Part shown: piece by piece, positions 26,501 to 33,821 of the stretch
Layout of the letters: each line of letters starts with the position of its first letter
Numbering within the stretch: position 1 is the stretch's first letter
NCBI GenBank assembly: GCA_964354065.1
Contig: CAYGYF010000002.1
Span: 1-41,169, forward strand
Reading direction: 5' to 3'
Origin: an uncultured Dehalococcoidia bacterium
GTDB taxonomy: Bacteria; Chloroflexota; Dehalococcoidia; SM23-28-2
DNA length: 41,169 bases
Position numbers and translations under genes: made by a program
Notes under the pieces: model-generated
Told to the model about the DNA's origin: nothing
Database searches by the model: none
What the model saw: only the letters and a program-made list of their open reading frames with translations

Positions 26501-27124
26501 GACTTCCCGGCAATACAAAGAGAACAGAGTCCGCATCTCCCGCTTCCAGTTCCCCACGAGGCCCGCCGGAGACACGATGAGCACACGACGGACTAGGTGT
26601 CGGCTAAGCATCTCCCGTATGTACAGGCCCGCCATGATGGTCTTTCCCGCACCGGCGTCGTCAGCGAGGAGCATGCGCAGGCGGGGCTGCGACAGCATGG
26701 CCTGATAGACGGCGATGATCTGATGGGGGAGCGGATCGATGATGGCGGTCTCCGTGCCGAAGATGGGGCTGAACAAGTGACCGTAGCGAAGCCTCTCTCC
26801 CTCAACGAAGAGACGGACCAGATCAGGTTCGGCTCTGAAGTCGGGGGTCGACGCGACGCTCGCTGCGGAATATACGCCTGCGGGCTCATGCACCATGGCA
26901 CGCTGAGATCTGGTGAACATCGCGCGCGAGGAGGTTGCAGCGGCGGCTGCGAGGGTGCTCAGCGCCTTGATGGCCAACCTATTGGGGCGGGATTGGCCGT
27001 TTTCCCACCGACTCACGGTGACGACGGTCACGCCCAAGCGGTCAGCGAGCTGGCTCTGCGTCAGACCGAGCTCCGCTCGAAGAGCTTTGATCCACTCAGG
27101 CGAACCGACAACGGCGCTGACCAT
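23582..27124 (-). CDS. XRE-HTH / SNF2-like helicase / DUF3883 (PD-(D/E)xK-like) fusion protein
   Basis: Start set at ATG 27124 ('[44 protein letters not shown]', an XRE HTH). '[10 protein letters not shown]' is at 26639-26662 and 'FDEAHKL' at 26338-26358. '[23 protein letters not shown]' is motif VI. C-terminus '[36 protein letters not shown]' is DUF3883-like. Confidence 0.8.
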   Translation of the reverse strand: [1180 protein letters not shown]

Positions 27125-27320
27125 TTGGCCCCGCCAGGAAAACCGACTTAACAAACTATAACACCGGCTCGCCGGCGATTCAACCGGTGGCCGTCCAATA
27201 AGGTTGCAGACCCCCCAACGATGGCCTGGATCAGGGCAGGGGCTCTGGGCGAGGAGACAAGGGGCACGAGCGCCTGCTCGATGAGCATCGGCTCTCAGAG
27301 TGAGACGGACGCCTCTCGCG

Positions 27321-27776
27321 TCATAGTCCCATCTCGCTACCGTCGGCGAAGAGGGCCTTTCGTTGGCCATGTGACAAGTAGATGATGACCTCCCACATGA
27401 GGCGATACGAAAGCCTCATGGAAAGAAAGGCATCAATCCCCTCAAGCAGATCGTTGCGGTTTCCCTTCGGGGAGTGGATGACAACGATGCCAGGCCGGTC
27501 ATGGAGCAGACCGTCTTTCCAGACCCTTCTGGCCCGCCGCCAATCCCTAGTCACGAAGACTAGAGCCATCTGCCGTATCCATGCCAGAAAGGCCAGGTCG
27601 TCGGACGTGTTCACCGGGGCGTTCTCTGCGGTCACGACGGGATAGCCCAACTCGGCCAGGCGCTCGGCAACGGGCAGCAAGCCCTGGTCCGTGCAGAACG
27701 GCAGACGCTTTTGCTTGCCAGCCCGACGTTTCCTGAAACGTGAATATTCCTGTTTCTTGAGTTCTAGCTTCCCCAC
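27321..27776 (-). CDS. PIN-like (DUF5615/Mut7-C-like) protein
   Basis: 'FCTDQGLLPVAERLAELGYPVVTAENAPVNTSDDLAFLAWIRQMALVFVTRDWRR...GIVVI' matches the D-x-N...T-x-D layout of DUF5615-type PIN-like proteins. GTG start. No DUF433-like partner seen upstream. Confidence 0.5.
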   Translation of the reverse strand: MGKLELKKQEYSRFRKRRAGKQKRLPFCTDQGLLPVAERLAELGYPVVTAENAPVNTSDDLAFLAWIRQMALVFVTRDWRRARRVWKDGLLHDRPGIVVIHSPKGNRNDLLEGIDAFLSMRLSYRLMWEVIIYLSHGQRKALFADGSEMGL

Positions 27777-27840
27777 AGCGACATACTAGCGCGCGCGTTA
27801 GGGGTAATCAAGATAGTCACCTTATCAATAACGCCGTGTT

Positions 27841-27910
27841 CGATCTCCTGCTCCGTCGGCAGGTGATCACCTTGTCACAGGGTCGGTCAGGCGGCAGCCT
27901 TCAAGGGAGG
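27841..27910 (+). repeat. dispersed repeat 'R2', subfamily-2 copy D
   Basis: CGATCTCCTGCTCCGTCGGCAGGTGATCACCTTGTCACAGGGTCGGTCAGGCGGCAGCCTTCAAGGGAGG. The 5' box is shared with copy A. The remainder is ~80% identical to the 31680 copy. Confidence 0.65.
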
Positions 27911-28059
27911 TAGAGGAGGAACCCGAGCTGGACCTGGCGGCTGGGAGGTTTAGTTCTATCACCTTCCATTACCTCTGCTTATGGGGGCGTTGCTGGCACC
28001 CGGTTCAGGCGGTCACTTGATGGCAGTATTCGTCCGCACGCACGTGGGGGCGGACCGCC

Positions 28060-28350
28060 GTGAAAGGGGCGCGCAGGCCGCCGCGCGGGGAAAACCTCAC
28101 CGAGCTTCTTCGGAAGTATTGTGAGCGGGACCGGCCGCTGAAAGGTGAGACCTAGGCGCAGATTTCGCGGGACGCATGGCTCGACGAGAGCTACGTGTCC
28201 AGGCTCTTCTCCGGTGAGCGCACCAATCCGAGCCGCGGCGCTCTGGTTCTTCTGGGTGGTTGGGGCCTGGAGCTAGCGGTAGAGGAAGTGGACGAGCTGT
28301 TGATGGCGGCGGACTACAAGCCGCTAGTCCTTCCGGCAAGCATTCGGTAG
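28060..28350 (+). pseudogene. XRE-type HTH regulator interrupted by an in-frame TAG
   Basis: GTG 28060 reads '...ENLTELLRKYCERDRPLKGET', then TAG at 28153-28155, then 'AQISRDAWLDESYVSRLFSGERTNPSRGALVLLGGWGLELAVEEVDELLMAADYKPL'. Read through, this is a continuous HTH plus 'GER-NPSR...LL-AAGY' family pattern. Confidence 0.5.
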
Positions 28351-28699
28351 TGCCGCTCGGAAGGCTGGCCGGGCCCAGGCCCTCCCTTCGTTTCTCCGAG
28401 GGCGGGACCCGCCGGGATTGCCACAAGGGGTCCTGCTGCGCGCTCGTCGATTCATGACCGGGGAGACGCGTATAATCCGACTTGAATTACTCTCCCTGTC
28501 GGTCTACGAAGAGAACACCCAGGCTCCGGCGCTGGATGTTAGTCTGCGGAGGTGGCCATGGCTGTAGGCGACGCTGGAAAGGTTCGGTTTCGGTGCCAAT
28601 TTCTCCTAGAGGATTACCAGGAACGGCGTTCGGAGATAAGGCATTATGAGACCCTCCTGCACCGGATAACGGAGTTTGCCAGTAGCTTCCTGAAGGGCC

Positions 28700-31438
28700 C
28701 TAGCCCAGTGCGCTGGTCTTGCCATACTGTCTGATGACCTCCGCGAGGAAGGTGCGGAAGGCGTCTTTGGCTTGTTCCGCCTCCGGTGGGCCAACGGGCT
28801 GGAGAGGCCGCCCAGATTCCGCCTCCGGGTGGTGAAGGGGGCTCTGCTTCCGTATTTCATGAATGACAGTGAGCGAAGCCTGCGCCTTGCCGCCCACCAA
28901 GTTTCGCACGAAGTCGCTCCTCATTAGATTACCCCAGTCCTTGACCTGCTCGTAGGGGCGCCTTGGTGGCTGCTCTTTGTCCTTCTGCTTGATCCACAAG
29001 TCCTCTCGCCTGTCGAACAAGTCTTTCACCATCGCGTCGCAGGCTGAATCCAGGTAGCTGACGTATCCATCCAAGTCATCCGTCTCCAGATCGTTGACTG
29101 CGTGACCGACCGTGAGCCGAACTTCTGTAAAGCGGTTGGGCAGCATAGCCTCCAGGTCTAGGTCGTCCGGCACGACTCCTTCGTCCCCGCCAGCGGCACG
29201 CCGCATATCCATAACGAGGTCAAAGCTTTCGCTCCCCGAACACTGCCGCAGTGCGACACCCACCAATTGTCGGATGCGGTCGAGGTGCTCGTTCTCGCGA
29301 GCATCCCTAAGGGCCGGTAGCGAGGAACGATCGCCGATGCTTGCGACGGCGGTCACCGCTTCCTGACGGACATCGCCCGTGGGGTGCCGCAGCAGGGGAT
29401 GCAAGAACTCAAGAGCCCGGGGATTCTGCAGTCGCCCCATGATCTTCATGGTGGCGATCTGCCCTTCACCCTCCGGCACGCCGGAGGCCGCATAGCGGTC
29501 GAATATCGCAGTCAGCGCCTGCTCGGCAGCCGCTCTTACCGTCGGCTTCACGTCGCGAGCAAGCTGGTGCAGCGTCTCTATGCTTGATTCCTCGGCGAGG
29601 CGCCCAAGCGAGCGCGCCACCGCCTCGCGAACCATAGGGCGAGAATCTTCCACCAGGTCGTGGAGCTTGGACGCCCCCGCAGGCATGCCCAACTCTCCGA
29701 TTGACCGCACTAGCTCGGCCCTGATTGAGAGCCGAGACGCAAGCGCATCGCACAGAACCTCCAGAGCCGCTGCATCCTTACGCTCAGTGAGCAGCGCGAC
29801 GGCAAAGCGGCTGCGTTCGTCGTGTTCGCTCATGACCCACTGGCGCAGCACAGGGAGCAAGACGTCGGGGGAAGCGTCAGCCAGCATCCGGCTGAGCTTG
29901 TCGTCGAAGTTCTCCGTGAGCCATGATGCGATATGCTGGTAAGTCTCTGGGACAGCTTGAAGGGCCTCAAGCGCCACCGACCGCTCTTCACCAAGGTCGC
30001 CGTGCCCGATAAAGTGGCGAACCGTCGCCTCGTCAGGGGACCGCCTCAGGGCGGCCACAAGTAGGGGCATCGAGCGGCGCCGTTTGCGGACCACGGCGAG
30101 AAGCTCCCTTGCAACGCCCCCGATGATGGGGCCCGACAGGCCCTCAATAACCCGTGTCCCCAGTTGCACGCCGCCATCGTCGCGAAAGCAGAGCTGACGC
30201 ACGACCGCACGCAGCTGGTCTCCGGCGTTCTCGACTAGAGCCGCCATGAACGGCGTCAACTGGTCATGAACCTCTGGCGCAGTGGTAGCAGCTCCGTGCA
30301 GTTCGGTCATCAACTGGAGTGCCGTGGCCTTGCCACAAAGACGTTCGAATAGCACAGACGCAAACCCGGACGCGTGGATCGCAGGATCGGCAAAGAGGCC
30401 CATCACATCGTGCAGTTCGTGCGGGGTGCATTCGGCCATCCGATTCGCTGCCGCCTCAAACGCCTGGTCGCGATTGGTTCCTCGTGTCACGAGCTTCCGC
30501 CACTGGGTCAGGGTTTGGCTCAAGGGCTTGGCCGAAAGGGCTGCGACTCCATTGCGCCAACTGGCCTCTTGCCAAGGTTGCGTCGACATGATCTCAGCAA
30601 CCTGCTCCAGTAGGGTGGCGTTGGCAAAACGCGCCAACGCCACCGCTGCCGGCCCGGGGAGGCTCAGCCCTTGCTGCGACATCGCATTGCTGAGGAAGGC
30701 ACAAATAGCGTCAGCTTTCGCGTGGGCGTGCGGTGAGTCCATGACGATCTGCGCGGCGGAGGAGAGAACCTCCGGCTTGTCGATGTGGGCGTCAGCGGTT
30801 GTAAGTGTCTGTTCAAGGGCGGAAACAGTGTGGAAATGTCGGAGGGCGGTGATCGCCCCAGGGCAATGCACATCGTTGGTCTCTGCCAGGTAGGAGCAGA
30901 GGGTATCCACTACGGTGTCCTCGCTGAGCCTGGCCAGGGCCAAGGCGGCCAAGCCCCAGATCTCGACGACGTTCGCGTCGTCAGGAGACGGAGGGCCAGC
31001 GATATCGATTGTGGGGTTGGCGAATTTTCGTAGTAGGTAGCCTCGCGCCCCTCCAAAGGGGGCGTCAGCGATTCGTCTGAGCGCTGAGCTCTGCACGATG
31101 ATATCGGGATCGTGCGCGGCGGTGGTCAACAGGAAGCGCTGCCGTTCAGACGCGGCGCCCCCGAGGCGTTCTACCACCGCTCGTCTTAGTTGGACGTCGC
31201 CGCTGAACCCGATGATCCTCTCGTATATGTCGAGGCAGTCATCGGCGGGAAGCTCCGCCAGTGCCTCCAGAGCGGCAGTCTTGAGAAACGGTTGGTTTGG
31301 CAGGGTGGCTCGAAGAATAACCTTGACGTCCGCTGGGACGGGGTCGAGCTGCCGAAGGGCCTCCGCTCTCTCCGAGAGGTCGCCGCTCCGCAATGCACGC
31401 AGAAGCGCCCGCCTATCCTTGCCTGCGTCGTCACTCAC
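28700..31438 (-). CDS. HEAT/armadillo-repeat protein (912 aa) with a distinct C-terminal ~170-aa domain
   Basis: Repeated 'A..aL..lgd..a...L..al.d.d..VR..A' units, for example 'PMVREAVARSLGRL', 'PTVRAAAEQAL', 'GDVRQEAVTAVASIGDRSSLPALRDA'. The C-terminus is non-repeat and carries 'IHEIRKQSPLHH' (28829-28852). GTG start. Confidence 0.7.
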   Translation of the reverse strand: MSDDAGKDRRALLRALRSGDLSERAEALRQLDPVPADVKVILRATLPNQPFLKTAALEALAELPADDCLDIYERIIGFSGDVQLRRAVVERLGGAASERQRFLLTTAAHDPDIIVQSSALRRIADAPFGGARGYLLRKFANPTIDIAGPPSPDDANVVEIWGLAALALARLSEDTVVDTLCSYLAETNDVHCPGAITALRHFHTVSALEQTLTTADAHIDKPEVLSSAAQIVMDSPHAHAKADAICAFLSNAMSQQGLSLPGPAAVALARFANATLLEQVAEIMSTQPWQEASWRNGVAALSAKPLSQTLTQWRKLVTRGTNRDQAFEAAANRMAECTPHELHDVMGLFADPAIHASGFASVLFERLCGKATALQLMTELHGAATTAPEVHDQLTPFMAALVENAGDQLRAVVRQLCFRDDGGVQLGTRVIEGLSGPIIGGVARELLAVVRKRRRSMPLLVAALRRSPDEATVRHFIGHGDLGEERSVALEALQAVPETYQHIASWLTENFDDKLSRMLADASPDVLLPVLRQWVMSEHDERSRFAVALLTERKDAAALEVLCDALASRLSIRAELVRSIGELGMPAGASKLHDLVEDSRPMVREAVARSLGRLAEESSIETLHQLARDVKPTVRAAAEQALTAIFDRYAASGVPEGEGQIATMKIMGRLQNPRALEFLHPLLRHPTGDVRQEAVTAVASIGDRSSLPALRDARENEHLDRIRQLVGVALRQCSGSESFDLVMDMRRAAGGDEGVVPDDLDLEAMLPNRFTEVRLTVGHAVNDLETDDLDGYVSYLDSACDAMVKDLFDRREDLWIKQKDKEQPPRRPYEQVKDWGNLMRSDFVRNLVGGKAQASLTVIHEIRKQSPLHHPEAESGRPLQPVGPPEAEQAKDAFRTFLAEVIRQYGKTSALG

Positions 31439-31653
31439 GGTGTTCTGAACCTACTGCCGGTGATCCTCTCGCGCCGCATCAACGCAATGCCTGCCCAGTG
31501 GCCTATCTAGCACCGGGGTCACCCAGAGTATAGCAGGAAAGCGCTCACAGGCACAAGTAAAGGCTAATGTGTGCTATCGGAAAAACAGAACGGCCGCGAT
31601 GCCTCTTGAAGACGATGATCGCCAGATGGATAGCGGCAGCGACGTGGCCACTC

Positions 31654-31745
31654 CTCCTGCTCCATCGACAGGTGCTCTACTGCTCCATCGGCAGGTGAGC
31701 ACCTATCGCAGGGTCAGCCAGCCGGCAGCCTTCAGGCGAGGTCGC
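31654..31745 (+). repeat. dispersed repeat 'R2', subfamily-2 copy E with tandemly duplicated 5' box
   Basis: CTCCTGCTCCATCGACAGGTGCTCTA, then CTGCTCCATCGGCAGGTGAGCACCTATCGCAGGGTCAGCCAGCCGGCAGCCTTCAGGCGAGG. Its last ~10 nt overlap the stop region of the cyclo-ligase gene. Confidence 0.65.
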
Positions 31746-32511
31746 TCAGGCGGACCGCCATCTTTCGGAGCGCCGGGATCGCCTCGATCTTCTCCGGCGG
31801 TAGAAGGTTCCAATAGATGCCCTCCGGGCGCGGTAGCGACGTGTGGGTCTCGATAGCCGCCTGTGAGGTGACGATGTAGTCGACGGGGATGTCGTGAACC
31901 TGCCGCGGTATCGCCTCCTCGATGAGCTGAAGGGGGTGGACGGTCGTGAGGATGGGTGTGTCTCTGGAGAGCTTGCCGGCGGCGAAGGCCAGGGCATACT
32001 CCAGGTCGGAGTAACCGCCACCCTTGCCGAGGCGGGCGCCCTCACGATTCACGGCCACTGACCCACAGATCACCAGGTCAACGGGCTGCAGCTCATCGAC
32101 GGTCACCGGGCGTCCGTACGTGAACGCGCCGCGAATGGTGGCGGCGGCGCTCGCCCGCCGGCCCAACCGCTCCGGGTCAAGCTCGATGAAACAGCGCTCC
32201 TGACGCAAGCGGGGCACGGCCATGTAGATGGTCTTGCCCTCGCTGAGAGCGGCTCGTCGCAAGGGAAGCTGCGGCGAGTCCGGATTGCACTTCAGAACCT
32301 TGGCCCGCTGCCAGACTTGCAGGCGGCACGCCAGCTCGCCGGCCTGCGCGGCGCCGTCGAAGTTGGGGATGCGGCCGAAAGCGCCAGGGAAACGAGCGAC
32401 GCCCCGGCGCTGAAGAGCCTCCCAGATGCCCTCGCGGAGCTGCTGCTTCGTCTGCACAGAGCCACCATAGCATCGCGGGCTGGGCGGAGGGCGCGCTATG
32501 GAGGCCAACAA
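31732..32511 (-). CDS. 5-formyltetrahydrofolate cyclo-ligase family protein
   Basis: 'KQQLREGIWEALQRRGVARFPGAFGRIPNF' and 'VDLVICGSVAVNREGARLGKGGGYSDLEYA' are the family hallmarks (GKGGGYYD-type motif). The annotated start is TTG. The true start is uncertain. Confidence 0.7.
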   Translation of the reverse strand: MLASIARPPPSPRCYGGSVQTKQQLREGIWEALQRRGVARFPGAFGRIPNFDGAAQAGELACRLQVWQRAKVLKCNPDSPQLPLRRAALSEGKTIYMAVPRLRQERCFIELDPERLGRRASAAATIRGAFTYGRPVTVDELQPVDLVICGSVAVNREGARLGKGGGYSDLEYALAFAAGKLSRDTPILTTVHPLQLIEEAIPRQVHDIPVDYIVTSQAAIETHTSLPRPEGIYWNLLPPEKIEAIPALRKMAVRLSDLA

Positions 32512-32524
32512 CCTTATCGAGGAG

Positions 32525-32530
32525 TATAAT
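32525..32530 (+). promoter_or_regulatory. candidate -10 box (perfect TATAAT) in the 65-nt divergent intergenic region
   Basis: TATAAT lies 46 nt upstream of ATG 32577, with GAGAGG 10 nt before the ATG. No good -35 was seen. Confidence 0.25.
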
Positions 32531-32576
32531 CGGCGTATCCAATCCTTTGTGAGAGTCCGCGAGAGGCTAGATCCTA

Positions 32577-33821
32577 ATGCCCTCCATCTTCTCCTGGATG
32601 GACTACTCAGAGCACGAGAGGCAAAAGGCGCTCGACGTCATAGACCTCTTCGGGGAAAATGACACCCGCGACGAGCTTGGCATAGGCACGGTGCGGGACG
32701 CCTTCGCCGACATGCTCTTCCCCGGCACCAGCACTATCCAGACCCGGGCGAAATACTTCCTCTTTGTGCCGTGGATCTATCTTGAAATGGAGCGTTCCAG
32801 GGTGCCATCCGGCCAGGTGGCCGGTCGGGCCAGGAGTGAGGAGATCGCGCTGATCGGGGCACTCCTGAAAGCCGGGGACTCGGACGGTGTAATCGGGAAG
32901 GAAGTGGGCAAGGGCCTGAAACGCCTGCCCAGCAATATCTATTGGCTGGGCCTCCGCACGTGGGGGATCGGCAGGATTCGCGGCTCTCAGAACCAGTACC
33001 ACCGATCCCTGGACAGGTTCTACCAGTGGGACCAGCGGTCCAACCCGCAGGTGCGCAACGATGACGGTGAGCCCGTCGATGGCGTCGTGGTTCGCAACTG
33101 GGACACCGCCATCCCTCCACGGCCGAGGGACTTCCCGCGAGGCGCGTCGCTGCGTCTCTACCGGGAAGAGGCGGGCTATCTGCGGGAACGGATAGTGCAT
33201 AGCGTCCCGGGCACCCTCCTGGCCTTTCTCGCTGAGATGGAGGAGACGTTCGAGCCGGTCCTATTTCCGTGGGTGCACCCCTGCATCCCGGAGCTGCCCA
33301 CCCGGCTCCGAGAGCAGCTCCTTCACGCCCGGAACTTCTCGGAGTGCATGCACGGCGCTGCACTGCTCTACAACCTGATGCTGGCCGAATTGGCGAAGAA
33401 TCAGACTCGCATTGATGAGTACAGGCGGGACCTGACGGAATGGTCGCTCAGGGTCGGCGATAGAGCTACCGACCTGGCCACGTGGGACCGCAGGCGCTTC
33501 TGGGAAGTGGCCGTGTCCGGCGGGGCTAGAATTCCGCTACCTACGCGCGCCTTCATTGATGGGTGGCTCGACCTCGCTCTGGGGGATGGCGATGTGGGGC
33601 GCTGTTCAGGGACGATTGCTGCAAACGGCGACGCCAGGGGGTTGATCCACAAGCGCGAGCGCGCGATCAAGAGGGATCGTGCCCGTCTCGACAACCGCCG
33701 CGCGCTGGAGCTGTGGAGCGGCGTGGCTGGGACAGCCCAGCTCACATACCGCTGGCCGGTGGCGCAGCGCATTATCCTGGATATCATTGATGGCCTGACC
33801 AGGCAGGACGGCGATGCTTGA
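32577..33821 (+). CDS. DUF6361-like protein (first gene of three-gene cassette)
   Basis: 'FSWMDYSEHERQKALDVIDLFGENDTRDELGIGTVRDAFADMLFPGTSTIQTRAKYFLFVPWIY' resembles the DUF6361 N-terminal signature as I recall it. 8-nt overlap with the next gene. Confidence 0.55.
   Translation: MPSIFSWMDYSEHERQKALDVIDLFGENDTRDELGIGTVRDAFADMLFPGTSTIQTRAKYFLFVPWIYLEMERSRVPSGQVAGRARSEEIALIGALLKAGDSDGVIGKEVGKGLKRLPSNIYWLGLRTWGIGRIRGSQNQYHRSLDRFYQWDQRSNPQVRNDDGEPVDGVVVRNWDTAIPPRPRDFPRGASLRLYREEAGYLRERIVHSVPGTLLAFLAEMEETFEPVLFPWVHPCIPELPTRLREQLLHARNFSECMHGAALLYNLMLAELAKNQTRIDEYRRDLTEWSLRVGDRATDLATWDRRRFWEVAVSGGARIPLPTRAFIDGWLDLALGDGDVGRCSGTIAANGDARGLIHKRERAIKRDRARLDNRRALELWSGVAGTAQLTYRWPVAQRIILDIIDGLTRQDGDA

Noticed and set aside
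27125-27370. 82-codon N-terminal extension of the SNF2 helicase ORF (and similarly 4818-4958 for the RecB-like gene)
   Set aside because: The extensions are low-complexity Arg/Pro/Cys-rich. The recognisable domain (XRE HTH) begins right at the internal ATG. For the RecB-like gene a purine-rich RBS precedes ATG 4959.
28552-28734. 60-aa + strand ORF (GTG start) with a perfect TATAAT at 28471-28476 upstream
   Set aside because: It is short, has no recognisable family and runs into the 3' end of the HEAT gene on the opposite strand. It may be a gene fragment. The support is too weak to call.
12142-31438. Treating the four R-x4-6-H motifs (12787, 13406, 18087, 28829) as proof of a HEPN-rich island
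   Set aside because: R-x4-6-H is short and frequent by chance. Only the 18087 (RNNQFH) instance has the fuller HEPN context. The others are reported as hypotheses within their own findings, not as established.
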